Assembly: GCA_965368765.1 (NCBI GenBank)
Contig: CBDUOF010000001.1
Location: 1-51,915 of the forward strand
Length of the DNA stretch: 51,915 bases
Source: an uncultured Anaerolineae bacterium
GTDB lineage: Bacteria > Chloroflexota > Anaerolineae > Promineifilales > Promineifilaceae
Direction of reading: 5' to 3'
Positions within the stretch are counted from its first letter, which is position 1; each line of letters begins with the position of its first letter. The notes under the pieces are model-generated. The model had not been told where the DNA came from, did not search any database, and saw only the letters and a program-made list of their open reading frames with translations. Shown piece by piece: positions 37,402 through 47,604 of the stretch. The translations under genes were made by a program, and so were the position numbers.

Positions 37402-38706
37402 ATGTTGAAACAGTATGATGTATCGCAGATGGAAAGCAGTTGGAAGTTTGACAAGCGCTGGCAAGGCATTGAACGGCCGTATACCAGCCACGACGTATGC
37501 CGCTTACGGGGAACCATTCAGGTTGAACATACGCTGGCACGGATGGGTGCTGAACGGCTGTGGCGTTTGATGCATAAAGAAGATTATGTCAATGCACTTG
37601 GGGCACTAACGGGCAACCAGGCTGTACAAATGGTGCAGGCCGGGCTGAAAGCCATTTACCTAAGTGGCTGGCAAGTTGCTGCCGACGCCAATAATTCCAG
37701 CCAAACCTATCCTGACCAAAGTCTTTACCCTTCAGACAGCGCGCCCAAGCTGGCCAAACGAATCAACAACGCTCTGATGCGTGCGGATCAGATTTACCAC
37801 ATGAACAATCAAAATGGCGTTTACTGGTTTGCCCCAATCATCGCCGATGCTGAGTCTGGCTTTGGTGGCGCCCTCAACGCCTTCGAACTTATGAAAATGA
37901 TGATTGAAGCGGGTGTTGCAGGGGTTCATTTTGAAGATCAGCTCTCCTCCGCCAAAAAGTGCGGCCACATGGGCGGCAAGGTGCTTGTGCCCACCAGCGA
38001 ATTTATCCAGAAGCTCATCTCGGCACGCCTGGCGGCCGATGTAATGGGCGTGCCGACTGTCCTAATCGCTCGCACCGATGCTGATTCTGCCCAACTCATT
38101 ACCAGTGATATCGACCCCCGCGATCAGCCATTCCTGACGGGCGAGCGTACTTCTGAAGGGTTCTATAACGTCAACGGTGGCATCGAAAGTGCAATTGCCC
38201 GCGGGCTGGCCTACGCGCCCTATGCTGACGTAATTTGGTGCGAAACTTCCACACCAACCTTGGAAGAGGCAGAAAAGTTTGCCAACGCCATCCATGAAAA
38301 ATTCCCGGGTAAGATGTTGGCCTACAACTGCTCACCCTCTTTTAACTGGCGGCGTCACCTGGACGATGCCACTATCGCCACGTTCCAACAAGAGCTGGGG
38401 CGTATGGGCTACAAGTTCCAATTTGTAACGCTGGCCGGTTTCCATGCCCTGAACACCAGCATGTTTGAGCTGGCACTGGCCTATAAAGAAGAAGGCATGG
38501 CCGGTTACTCACGCTTGCAAGAGAAAGAATTCGATCTGGAAGCTTCGCATGGCTACCGGGCAATTAAGCACCAAAGCTTTGTAGGTGCTGGCTATTTTGA
38601 TGAAGTTCAGCTAACGGTTTCGGGAGGACAGGCTTCTACGGCCGCTTTGAAAGGCTCCACCGAAGAAGCGCAGTTTGAAGACGTGCCTGTTCCAGCGCAC
38701 GCTTAG
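37402..38706 (+). CDS. aceA: Isocitrate lyase
   Basis: 434 aa with SD AGGAGG. Contains the ICL signature KKCGHMGGK (in [16 protein letters not shown]). Confidence 0.95.
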   Translation: MLKQYDVSQMESSWKFDKRWQGIERPYTSHDVCRLRGTIQVEHTLARMGAERLWRLMHKEDYVNALGALTGNQAVQMVQAGLKAIYLSGWQVAADANNSSQTYPDQSLYPSDSAPKLAKRINNALMRADQIYHMNNQNGVYWFAPIIADAESGFGGALNAFELMKMMIEAGVAGVHFEDQLSSAKKCGHMGGKVLVPTSEFIQKLISARLAADVMGVPTVLIARTDADSAQLITSDIDPRDQPFLTGERTSEGFYNVNGGIESAIARGLAYAPYADVIWCETSTPTLEEAEKFANAIHEKFPGKMLAYNCSPSFNWRRHLDDATIATFQQELGRMGYKFQFVTLAGFHALNTSMFELALAYKEEGMAGYSRLQEKEFDLEASHGYRAIKHQSFVGAGYFDEVQLTVSGGQASTAALKGSTEEAQFEDVPVPAHA

Positions 38707-38738
38707 AATAACTCATTTGTTGTTCACTCCTTGGTAAG

Positions 38739-38778
38739 AGAAACGGCCGTTTTGTGGGAAACGGCCGTTTCTTTTTTT
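38739..38778 (+). terminator. Rho-independent terminator of aceBA, built from two copies of the iterated palindrome
   Basis: AGAAACGGCCGTTT (38739-38752) pairs perfectly (14 bp) with AAACGGCCGTTTCT (38759-38772). The loop is TGTGGG and a T6 run follows at 38773-38778. Confidence 0.8.
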
Positions 38779-38986
38779 GTGCTTGATCCCCTAAACGACA
38801 CAATATGAATTCGGCGTGAATAAGACGTAAGTCTGACGGTAACTTTGCCGACTTAGGATAGCGATACGTTTGCCCTGAGTGGTTTTGCCAACTTGCTGAT
38901 TAAGCTGACGCAGGAAAGCAAAGAATTTTGAGCAGCGAAACGAAGTGGGAGCAATTTAGCAGTACGTTCTAACACCTAACAACCCT

Positions 38987-39739
38987 ATGCAGCCATTAGA
39001 ACACGAACAAATTATTGAGCATAACGAGATGGCTGAGACGCCAACAAATCTGGAAATACACCTTTTTGGCGCTCCATCTTTCCTCATTAACGGACAGCCA
39101 TTATCTGAATCAACGTCACACAAAGTTGAGGCGCTGTTTGCCTATCTGGTTTGTCACCCATACCCCCATCTGCGCGAAGTTTTGGCATCGCTGCTTTTTA
39201 ATGCGCGCTCCCGGAGCCAGGCCAACAACAATTTGCGCGTGCTGCTGTCTCGCCTGCGCCGCGTCTGTGAAGATGCAATTTTGATTACGCGGCAGACGGT
39301 TCGACTAAACCCCGCTTATGAGGTGTGGTTGGATACGGCCGTCTTCCAGCAAACCTTGCCAGAGCAGCCTGAACAAGCCCTTAAATTATACCGAGGTGAT
39401 TTTCTGGAAACCATTCAGGTACAAGAAGCCAAAGGGTTTGTAGAATGGCTGGCGCTTCATCGTGAACAGCACCGCTTAATGGCGCTGGAGACACTTTTGC
39501 AGCTTGTCGATCAATATGAAACCAGTAACCATGCCCAGCGGGCAATTCCCCTTGTTCAAAAAATCTTAACGATTGAGCCACACCATGAAGGCTGGCATCG
39601 TCACCTTATGCAGCTTTATTTAGATACCAATCAGCCGCAAAAAGCCGCAGCCCAATACGACGTGTGCCAGCAGATTTTGCAAGATGTCTTCGGTCAGGAG
39701 CCATCCTCCACCACACAAGCGCTACGCAAATCAATGTAA
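38987..39739 (+). CDS. SARP/AfsR-like protein with a bacterial transcriptional activator domain (BTAD)
   Basis: 250 aa. The pattern LEIHLFGAPSFLINGQPL...KVEALFAYLV....ALKLYRGDFLE....W...........LM.LY...Q...A...Y is typical of SARP-type wHTH plus BTAD. The start codon is uncertain (alternative Met 15). Confidence 0.6.
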   Translation: MQPLEHEQIIEHNEMAETPTNLEIHLFGAPSFLINGQPLSESTSHKVEALFAYLVCHPYPHLREVLASLLFNARSRSQANNNLRVLLSRLRRVCEDAILITRQTVRLNPAYEVWLDTAVFQQTLPEQPEQALKLYRGDFLETIQVQEAKGFVEWLALHREQHRLMALETLLQLVDQYETSNHAQRAIPLVQKILTIEPHHEGWHRHLMQLYLDTNQPQKAAAQYDVCQQILQDVFGQEPSSTTQALRKSM

Positions 39740-39912
39740 CTACCCACACGCTTTACAAACAATTTACAAAGCCATTGCAACTTTCGGTAACGCTTCCGGT
39801 ATTCATACATAAACCGCATGAAGCTTTTGGAAAGCCTGAAGGCACTTGCGGTTACCGTAAACAGTAGGGGACGGCGGCCATAGGCTGCCGCCATCATGAA
39901 GGAGGCATTCTC

Positions 39913-40431
39913 ATGGTCGATGTATATATTGTTGTTTATTCGTTGTTAGGGATCCTAATTTGCTTGCCGGCACTGCTGGTAGTGCTCAATTTGCTCATGC
40001 CCCAAATTACAGGTCGTATTGAGACCCGCCTGGAACAAACGCCAGGCAAAAGTTTTTTCTTGGGCGTACCGGTAACGGCCGCTTTTCTGCTTTGGATTGC
40101 CATTGCATCTAATGTACCGCTGGGAGTGGTGCAAGGAACGGCCTTTCTAGCGGGATTCCTTGGCATGGGGCTGGGAACGTTGGGAGCGGCGGGCATGGCC
40201 CGCTTGCTGGCCAAGCGGGTCAAAGTGCTGGCCAAGCCTAATTCAGAGATGATGAACTGGTTACGTGGCGCGGTGATCTATGAGCTGGCCTGCCTATTTC
40301 CCATCGTGGGCTGGTTTTTGTTTGCCCCCATCGTGGGTATTACCGTGATGGGTGCGGCCGTTTTTGGCTTGCTCGGTTGGCTGCCCCGACCCGCGCTTAG
40401 TGAGCAAATTTCGGTTGCCAGTAATCAGTAA
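39913..40431 (+). CDS. Hypothetical membrane protein (about 4 TM)
   Basis: 172 aa with SD GAAGGAGG. Hydrophobic segments are present. I recognise no family. Confidence 0.55.
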   Translation: MVDVYIVVYSLLGILICLPALLVVLNLLMPQITGRIETRLEQTPGKSFFLGVPVTAAFLLWIAIASNVPLGVVQGTAFLAGFLGMGLGTLGAAGMARLLAKRVKVLAKPNSEMMNWLRGAVIYELACLFPIVGWFLFAPIVGITVMGAAVFGLLGWLPRPALSEQISVASNQ

Positions 40432-40496
40432 TCATTGATAAGTGGGAAGCCAGTTTGCGCCCTTTCACTTATCACTGCTTCAGAAAGGAACAGATC

Positions 40497-42059
40497 ATGT
40501 CTCTCTCCAGACGAGAGTTCTTAAAACTAGGTAGCTTAACCGCCGTTGCTGCGGGAACCGCCGGGTGCAGCGTAATTGGACGCGAGATTTCCCAGCACGA
40601 TTTGCCAGAGGCGTTGGCCGTACCAACGGCCGTGTCCGGCAATATCCCGCTCACCCAGCCAGCCACCGATCTGCCACGACAGCCGATTGATCCAGTGCGC
40701 CGTTTGCTCAATCGGGCAGGGTACGGTCCGGCTCCCGGTGAAATCGAGCGCGTGACGCGCCTGGGGCTGGCCGCTTACCTGGAAGAACAGCTCAACCACG
40801 CTGACCTTGCCGACACGGCCAATGACCTGCTGGCGCGTCATTTAACCCTTTACCAAATGGACCTGAGTCAGCTCATTGAAGAAGAGCCAAAAGATGCCGT
40901 CGTCGAACTGCTTGGCTCCACGTTTATGCGGGCAATCTATTCCAAGCGGCAGCTTTATGAAGCAATGGTGGAGTTTTGGTCTGATCATTTCAACATTTAT
41001 CTGCGCAAAGAGCAAGTAATGCCGCTGGCCAAAATTGTGGATGATCGGGATGTGATACGGCCGTTTGCCCGGGGCAAGTTCCGCGATTTACTCGGCGCAT
41101 CGGCCAAAAGCCCCGCCATGCTGCTTTACCTGGACAACATTCAAAACGAAAAGAGCCACCCCAACGAAAACTACGCCCGCGAACTTTTGGAACTGCACAC
41201 CCTGGGCGTGAACGCAGGGTACAGTCAGCGCGACGTGCAGGAAGTGGCTCGTCTGCTCACCGGCTGGACAGTTGCCAAGCGCGGCCGGCAGCGGGGCATG
41301 TTTGTCTTCAATGCCGATGAGCATGACTTCGGCGAGAAGCAGGCACTCGGTCACACGTTTCCCGCTGGCCGAGGCAAAGAGGAAGTTGAAGAACTGCTTG
41401 ACCTGTTAGCCAGTCATCCCGCCACAGCCACCTTTATTGCCACCAAGCTGGTACGCCGCTTTGTCACTGATGATCCTGCTGCCGATGGGCCAACAGCTGA
41501 ATTAGTCACTCAGGTGGTCGAGGCATATCGGCAAAGTGACGGCGATATTAAAGCAATGCTGCGCGTCATTTTCTTAAGCGACCTATTTGCTGCCGCACCG
41601 CCCAAACTAAAACGGCCGCATACCTATATGGTCTCTGTTTTGCGGACGCTGCACACCGATTTTGGCTTGCGGCGAGGCCGCGCCATTGCCGATTGGATGG
41701 AGATGATGGGCCAACCTCTGTTTCATTGGCCACCGCCCAATGGCTACCCCGACGTGAGCGAAGCATGGGCGGCGAATCTGCTGCCTCGCTGGAACTTTGC
41801 CCTGGCCCTGCTGCACAACGAGATTCCTGGAGCGACCGTGCCGTTGGCCGACATCTTGGCAGCGGGCAAAGCAGACACGGCCGTTTCTGCCGTACAGCTC
41901 TTCGCCGGATTGGTTTACGGCCGTTCCTTACGCGATGATGAAATCAATCTATTCACTCGCTACATTGGCAGCGGCACGCCACAAAATGGTGAAGGCCAAG
42001 CCCGCCTGCGGGACTGCGTCGCGCTCATGTTGGCCAGTCCTGAATTCCAGTGGACCTAA
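40497..42059 (+). CDS. DUF1800-family protein with a Tat-type signal / lipobox
   Basis: Start at ATG 40497 (MSLSRREFLKLGSLTAVAAGTAGC). DUF1800 signature block: ARELLELHTLGVNAGYSQRDVQEVARLLTGWTV. Confidence 0.85.
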   Translation: MSLSRREFLKLGSLTAVAAGTAGCSVIGREISQHDLPEALAVPTAVSGNIPLTQPATDLPRQPIDPVRRLLNRAGYGPAPGEIERVTRLGLAAYLEEQLNHADLADTANDLLARHLTLYQMDLSQLIEEEPKDAVVELLGSTFMRAIYSKRQLYEAMVEFWSDHFNIYLRKEQVMPLAKIVDDRDVIRPFARGKFRDLLGASAKSPAMLLYLDNIQNEKSHPNENYARELLELHTLGVNAGYSQRDVQEVARLLTGWTVAKRGRQRGMFVFNADEHDFGEKQALGHTFPAGRGKEEVEELLDLLASHPATATFIATKLVRRFVTDDPAADGPTAELVTQVVEAYRQSDGDIKAMLRVIFLSDLFAAAPPKLKRPHTYMVSVLRTLHTDFGLRRGRAIADWMEMMGQPLFHWPPPNGYPDVSEAWAANLLPRWNFALALLHNEIPGATVPLADILAAGKADTAVSAVQLFAGLVYGRSLRDDEINLFTRYIGSGTPQNGEGQARLRDCVALMLASPEFQWT

Positions 42060-42079
42060 GATTTAGATGAGAAGGTAAA

Positions 42080-44611
42080 ATGCGAGCTCCCTTGATGATG
42101 GATACGGCCATTCGGCAAGCGAATAAGACCATTTATACTAGACGGAACGCCAGTTTGCAGCATAGCAAAAAATGGGCTAGAAATAACAATTGCTCCACTA
42201 AAGCTACTCTGGTTTTCATCATTGCGCCCACTCTATCGCGAGTAGCCAGGCGTGTGACACGCCCGCTTCCAGCAACGCAGCCACTTAAACGCATACCTGA
42301 AAACGAGGTCCAATTGAAACATTTGGTGCGAGATTTACGTAGCCAACCTAGCCGATTACTATTGCCTGCGGCAACGATTCTGGTCTTCGTTTTAGTGGGA
42401 TGGAGCTATCGGTCGGTTACGCCACTGCTGGAAACTCCGGATGAGCCAGCCCATTTTGCGGTCGCCAACTACATCGCTCAAAACAATCGCTTATCGCCCC
42501 GCCCAGAGCAAACCCGGCAAGGCCCTGCGCCCACCGCCTCGGCAGACGTGCCATTTTACTATGCGCCGCCGCTGTACTATCTGCTTGCCTCATCACTCAT
42601 TAGCGAAGCAAACAGTGCTCAATTTGCCCAGGCTGTCATTCCCAACCCAAATTTTGCCCGGGGCGTTGGTCTAAATTTAGACTTAAGTGCTGAAAACAAG
42701 AATATGTACGTCCATACGGCCGAACAAAGATCTCCACATCAAGCGCAGTGGGCCACCTCTATGGCGCGCGTACGCCTCTTTTCACTCTTCTTGGGCATGG
42801 TGACGGTAGCGGGCTGTTATGTGCTGGCGCAGCAGGTTTGGCCCAAAAAGTGGGGCTGGCGGATAACGGCCGTTTGCCTTGTCCTCTTCAACCCCACCTT
42901 TCTCTATCTAAGCAATGGCGTCAGCAACGATGCCTTGCTCATTGCCCTTAGCACCTGGTGCTTTGCGCTAATGGGCAGCCTGCTGCACCAAGACGCCCCA
43001 ATCGGCTGGCGCGAATGGACCCTGGCCTTACTGCTCGGCAGTGCCATCCTGACTAAACAAACGGGCTTCATTTTGCTGCCTCCGGCCCTGCTGCTCATGG
43101 TTTACAAGGCGCGGCAGAGAGAATGGTCTCATAAACGTTTCCTGGCTGTTATAGGAACGGGATTGGTGGTGATAACGGCCGTTGGCGGCTGGTGGTATGT
43201 GGTCAATGGCATCCGATACGGTGATCCCCTGGCATTAGAAAGCCACAATGCCTTGCCAGCCGTGGCAAACGTTAGCCAGCGTCTACTCTTTGTGGCGCAA
43301 CAAGGTTGGGGCGCCTTCAAGAGCTATTGGGCCGCCTTTGGTTGGGCCACCATTTTTGTGGCGCCAATCTGGATTGTCTTTTTCATTGCGCTTACTGGTT
43401 TTGGATTCACAGGCTGGCTGTTCCCCAACAACAGGCCATCGACCAAACTAACAAATCTATTGTGGCTGACCCTGCTGATAAACAGCGGCCTGATGCTGTT
43501 TTGGCTGTGGCGCACGGCAGCACCATACGGCCGTCTACTCTTCCCGGTTATCGCCCCAATTGCCTGTTTGCTGGTGCTGGGCTGGCAGCGTTGGTTAGCA
43601 CGCTTGCACCTGCCAGCAATTGTGGGGCAGCTTGCGGTTGTACTGCCGCTGGCTACGCTGGCGCTCATTGCCCCAACGCGCTATGTGCAGCCCGCCTTTG
43701 CCCCGGTGGCTGTTCCACCAACGCAGGTGCCTGACTTTTTACCGTTAGACGCCACCTTTGGCGATGCTTTCCATCTCCTGGGCTATACCATTGACCCTAT
43801 GGGCATCCAGACCGGGAGCGACGTGACGCTGACGCTTGTCTGGCAATTGGTAAGACCCAGTGCTGCGCAAAACATGATTCAGACTTTTGTACAGGTTGCT
43901 CCCGTTGATCCAGAAGCACAAGTGGCTGTCAACGCGCAACTGCTGGGCACGCCTCGTTATCCCGCCACGTTTTGGCAGCCGGATGAGATTATTGTGCAGC
44001 AGTATCAGTTGGAGATAAGCAGCACTACCCCTGCCCCGTCCCTTTACTGGTTTGACCTGGTTTTGTTTGACGAGACTACCGAGGCACGACTCCCCGTATC
44101 CTGGCAAGGCCAACCGTTGGCTGGCGATCTGCTGCGCATTGGCCCAGAGCCAATTCTGGCCCGCGAAACTCCTGTCATAGAGAAAACGGCCGTTTCCACC
44201 GCCACGCCATACATCTTCGATCAGCAAATTCAGCTCAATGGCTACGCCATCACGCCCAACGACAGTGGCCTGGAGGTCACGCTTTTTTGGGAAGCCCTGG
44301 CCCAGCCATCGGCCGATTGGATCGTGTTTGTCCATTTGATAAACGAGGCAGGCGAGCTGGTAGTTCAGGGGGATGGCCCTCCGCGCCAGGGCAACTTCCC
44401 TACCCGGTGGTGGACGGCAGGAACCACCATTCCAGACAGCCATCTGCTGGCTGGCAACCTGGACTGCGCTGACCTAAAGCAACACACGCTGCTTGTTGGC
44501 TTTTATAATCCAACAACCGCTGAGCGATTACCTGTCAGCGATGCCACAGGTCAATCCATCCCCAATGCAGCTGTTGCAATTCAGCCAGCTTGCGCAGAGG
44601 GAGGTTCGTAG
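42080..44611 (+). CDS. GT-C fold (family 39 / ArnT-like) membrane glycosyltransferase with a C-terminal extracytoplasmic repeat domain
   Basis: Polytopic membrane core with the first-loop motif ETPDEPAHF (DExxH). The C-terminal roughly 300 aa has duplicated modules (FHLLGYTIDP...VTLTLVWQ and IQLNGYAITP...VTLFWEAL). The real start is probably near 42.3 kb, because the first 80 codons of the ORF look non-coding. Confidence 0.7.
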   Translation: MRAPLMMDTAIRQANKTIYTRRNASLQHSKKWARNNNCSTKATLVFIIAPTLSRVARRVTRPLPATQPLKRIPENEVQLKHLVRDLRSQPSRLLLPAATILVFVLVGWSYRSVTPLLETPDEPAHFAVANYIAQNNRLSPRPEQTRQGPAPTASADVPFYYAPPLYYLLASSLISEANSAQFAQAVIPNPNFARGVGLNLDLSAENKNMYVHTAEQRSPHQAQWATSMARVRLFSLFLGMVTVAGCYVLAQQVWPKKWGWRITAVCLVLFNPTFLYLSNGVSNDALLIALSTWCFALMGSLLHQDAPIGWREWTLALLLGSAILTKQTGFILLPPALLLMVYKARQREWSHKRFLAVIGTGLVVITAVGGWWYVVNGIRYGDPLALESHNALPAVANVSQRLLFVAQQGWGAFKSYWAAFGWATIFVAPIWIVFFIALTGFGFTGWLFPNNRPSTKLTNLLWLTLLINSGLMLFWLWRTAAPYGRLLFPVIAPIACLLVLGWQRWLARLHLPAIVGQLAVVLPLATLALIAPTRYVQPAFAPVAVPPTQVPDFLPLDATFGDAFHLLGYTIDPMGIQTGSDVTLTLVWQLVRPSAAQNMIQTFVQVAPVDPEAQVAVNAQLLGTPRYPATFWQPDEIIVQQYQLEISSTTPAPSLYWFDLVLFDETTEARLPVSWQGQPLAGDLLRIGPEPILARETPVIEKTAVSTATPYIFDQQIQLNGYAITPNDSGLEVTLFWEALAQPSADWIVFVHLINEAGELVVQGDGPPRQGNFPTRWWTAGTTIPDSHLLAGNLDCADLKQHTLLVGFYNPTTAERLPVSDATGQSIPNAAVAIQPACAEGGS

Positions 44612-44613
44612 AT

Positions 44614-44629
44614 CAATTTTGCAAAATTG
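44614..44629. promoter_or_regulatory. Perfect 16-bp palindrome CAATTTTGCAAAATTG (candidate transcription-factor site)
   Basis: Self-complementary over all 16 nt. It lies 2 nt after the GT-C gene stop and 150 nt upstream of the DUF1501 start. Confidence 0.35.
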
Positions 44630-44779
44630 ACTAACACTTTCAGAAAAGAAATAGATGAGTCCAATTCGATTTAATCTTCGAAATCTGCGAATTATTTCCC
44701 AAGGATGTGTTCATAGATAAGATTCGACCGTTCACCAAATTCCAAAGTTATTAACGGTCAAGCCCTAAGGAGCGATAAG

Positions 44780-46087
44780 ATGAGCAAACAACCAATGACC
44801 CACTGCCAGGAATATGAAACCGTCAGCCGCCGCACCTTTTTAAGCCGTGGTGCACAGTCAGCGGCGGCGCTTATGTTTGGCAACAAGATTGTGGCGCTGC
44901 CCACCTGGATGCCGCGCATTAGCCTGGCAGACCCGCATGTGGGGCCGGCCGGGGACACGTTGGTTTGTGTCTTTCTACGAGGCGGAGCCGATGGTCTTAA
45001 CATGGTTGTGCCTCACGGCGATGAAGAATATTACGCCCATCGTCCCATCATTGGCATTCCGCGGCCAGACGATAATGGCGCCAGCGACGGCCGTACCGTA
45101 GACCTGGATGGCTTTTTTGGCCTGCACCCCGCCCTGGCACCGCTGCACGCCATTTACGCGGCTGGAGACATGACCTTTATTCATGCCACTGGCTCTCCAG
45201 ACGAGTCTCGTTCTCACTTTGAAGCAATGGATTTGATGGAGCGAGGCGCTACAGAAAATGGTGATTACACCGGCTGGCTGGCACGGCATCTGGCAACGTT
45301 GGACAGTGGCAACAGTTCCTCGCTGCGGGCAGTGGGCATCGGCGACATGCTGCCCGCTTCCCTCACCGGGGCGGTATCCTCCACCGCGCTGCAATCCATT
45401 GCCGACTACCATCTGGCAGGACGGCCTGACCGGGTCGGACAAATGAGCACGCTGCTGCAATCCCTTTACGAGCAAAATCAGGACATGCTAACGGCCGTTG
45501 CTCAGCAGACCTTTGCTTCCATTGACGTGCTGGGTCGCATTGATACGGCGGGGTATGTGCCAAACGGCCGTGCCTATCAGGAAAACGAATTTGGCCAGGC
45601 AATGCGCATGGTTGCCCAGCTCATTAAAGCCGATGTCGGCGTCGAAGTGGCCTGCGTCGATTTAGGTGGCTGGGACACCCACGTGGGACAAGGTGGCACG
45701 ATCGGCACCATGGCCAGCCAGTTGGCTGAACTCGCCGAAGGGCTGGCAGCCTTTTATGAAGATTTGCAGGCGCGAATGGGCAACGTCACCGTGGTTGTCA
45801 TGTCGGAATTTGGGCGGCGGCTGCAAGAGAATGGCGGCCTGGGAACAGACCATGGCCACGGCAGCATGATGATGGTGTTGGGTGGCGGCATCGATGGCGG
45901 GCAAGTCTTTGCGAACTGGCCCGGCCTGCACGATGAGCAGCTCGTCGGTCCTGGCGACCTGGCAGTTACCACCGATTATCGGGACGTGCTGGGGGAAATT
46001 ATTCAAAAACGGCTCAATAACCCGCTTTTGCCCGACATTTTTCCAGGTTATCGGGTGAATCCGCTTGGGTTAGCTGTGCCTCGGTAG
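44780..46087 (+). CDS. DUF1501-family (sulfatase-fold) protein with a Tat signal
   Basis: 435 aa. Twin-arginine-like SRRTFLSRGAQSAAAL. The C-terminal GLGTDHGHGS block is typical of DUF1501. Confidence 0.85.
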   Translation: MSKQPMTHCQEYETVSRRTFLSRGAQSAAALMFGNKIVALPTWMPRISLADPHVGPAGDTLVCVFLRGGADGLNMVVPHGDEEYYAHRPIIGIPRPDDNGASDGRTVDLDGFFGLHPALAPLHAIYAAGDMTFIHATGSPDESRSHFEAMDLMERGATENGDYTGWLARHLATLDSGNSSSLRAVGIGDMLPASLTGAVSSTALQSIADYHLAGRPDRVGQMSTLLQSLYEQNQDMLTAVAQQTFASIDVLGRIDTAGYVPNGRAYQENEFGQAMRMVAQLIKADVGVEVACVDLGGWDTHVGQGGTIGTMASQLAELAEGLAAFYEDLQARMGNVTVVVMSEFGRRLQENGGLGTDHGHGSMMMVLGGGIDGGQVFANWPGLHDEQLVGPGDLAVTTDYRDVLGEIIQKRLNNPLLPDIFPGYRVNPLGLAVPR

Positions 46088-46131
46088 CGTGCCAACAAGC
46101 ACGCATATGCAGCAGGCGCCTTTGTAGTAAG

Positions 46132-46734
46132 TTATGGCAAAACGTCAACAATAGAGATGTTGAGGTCTGCAAAGTTAGCAAAAGTGAGGTCGTCGAAGAC
46201 AAGGTTGTGGTGGGCTTTGAGCTGCGCCATCAGCCCCAGATAGTTGCCCAGGATGCGATCTTGCCAGTTGAGGTTCAGGTGGGAAACGGCCGTCTTAATT
46301 CCTGCTTCGTCCCCTTCCAACTCAACAAAGTTTCCGTAGGGCAGTTCATCCAGCACAATTTCTACATCCTGCCACTGGAACGTTTCACGGTATTTTTCAT
46401 ACACCTGCATGGGGGCAAAACCGAGGCGCTTAAAAATCTCCGCCAACATCGCAAAATCGCTGACCTGGACTTCTAGCTCTTCACGCACTTTGGCTTCACT
46501 TTGGGGAAGGTCATGGGGGGTGCTTTTGTAGGTAAGGGTAACGGCCGTATCCTGCCTGAGTCGCAATAGGCAAAGGTTACGATATAAGCGCTCGTCGGCC
46601 GTATCAAAGCGCACATTTCGCTCATAAATCCGTGGCTTTTTTAAGACCGCACCCGCCGCCAGCAGTTGCTCCCGAAACGCCGCCAGCGCTGGTATATAAA
46701 ACTTGACTTCTACCTCTAGATTTTTGTTGCCCAT
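46132..46734 (-). CDS. CYTH-domain protein (class IV adenylate cyclase / triphosphate tunnel metalloenzyme)
   Basis: 200 aa. The N-terminal LEVEVKFYI (ExExK) motif and alternating acidic/basic beta-strands match the CYTH fold. Confidence 0.7.
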   Translation of the reverse strand: MGNKNLEVEVKFYIPALAAFREQLLAAGAVLKKPRIYERNVRFDTADERLYRNLCLLRLRQDTAVTLTYKSTPHDLPQSEAKVREELEVQVSDFAMLAEIFKRLGFAPMQVYEKYRETFQWQDVEIVLDELPYGNFVELEGDEAGIKTAVSHLNLNWQDRILGNYLGLMAQLKAHHNLVFDDLTFANFADLNISIVDVLP

Positions 46735-47594
46735 AAATATGCCAATGCCGATCTTCTTTTACCTTTGCCTGCTTCCACTTGGGAGCGCATATGTGCATCA
46801 AGCTTCTTTTTTTCTGAGTTACTTAACACATCGTTCATTACTTCTGCCACCGAAGGCACCCTGGGATTGGCTGCTCCTTGCTTGATACTGTCCCAGGTGA
46901 CAAAATCAGGAAAGGGTCTGAGTTCCAGTACCAATTCCAGATTAATTTCGCTGAAGCCCGCTGCCTCTGCCCAGAAAAACAAATCCCGCTCGTCGAAATT
47001 CAGCATGGTATCTGTTTTTGATGGCTGCAAGGCTTCGAACACTGCCTTGATTTTGTCCGTGATCGCCATGATAGGCGTCACGTCGCAGCCGCTAAAAATG
47101 TGGCGAGGTGATGGATAGCCAAAGCTGTTGATGGGCTCAAAGAGGGAGATACGGCCGTTCCTCCGCAATACCCGATAGAATTCCTGGAACGCTCGCGCCT
47201 TGTCAGGTACATAAATGAGCACCGATCGCGTTGTCACGACATCGACAGAAGCGTCACCAAGTCCAGCTAAATCGTCGGCAGAAGCCAGTACAAAGTCACA
47301 CCGTTCCGCCACATTCATTTGCTCTGCCAGCCCGGCCGCATGATCAAGAAGTTCTTGTGAAATGTCCGAAAAGAGAACGCGCCCAGTTTCACTCCGTGCC
47401 AATGCACCAAAGGCCACAAGACCGTCACCACAGCCCACATCCAGCAATGTTTCATCTTCTTGCAGGTTTGCCCTGTCAAGGATCTTGTCACGCGCGGGAT
47501 AAAGGAATTCTTCCAGTGCCCGCTGCATCAATGCCTCATCACCGCCAAAGCGCCGTGCCAACAACCAGTCCTTCCATATATCCTGACTTTTCAC
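46716..47594 (-). CDS. Class I SAM-dependent methyltransferase
   Basis: 292 aa. Motif I is LLDVGCGDGLVAF, followed by an acidic post-I residue (LFSDIS). It overlaps the CYTH gene by 19 nt. Confidence 0.8.
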   Translation of the reverse strand: MKSQDIWKDWLLARRFGGDEALMQRALEEFLYPARDKILDRANLQEDETLLDVGCGDGLVAFGALARSETGRVLFSDISQELLDHAAGLAEQMNVAERCDFVLASADDLAGLGDASVDVVTTRSVLIYVPDKARAFQEFYRVLRRNGRISLFEPINSFGYPSPRHIFSGCDVTPIMAITDKIKAVFEALQPSKTDTMLNFDERDLFFWAEAAGFSEINLELVLELRPFPDFVTWDSIKQGAANPRVPSVAEVMNDVLSNSEKKKLDAHMRSQVEAGKGKRRSALAYLWATKI

Positions 47595-47604
47595 TTTTTA
47601 CGCT

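Noticed and set aside
42080-42330. First roughly 80 codons of the 843-aa GT-C ORF
   Set aside because: The region is hydrophilic and Arg/Lys/Asn-rich, unlike the rest of the protein, and contains no palindrome copies. It is probably 5' UTR. The true start is likely near 42.3 kb, but I cannot fix it by eye.
43745-45475. Minus-strand ORFs of 232 aa and 166 aa within the GT-C and DUF1501 genes
   Set aside because: They are shadow ORFs opposite strongly supported genes, with no recognisable motifs.
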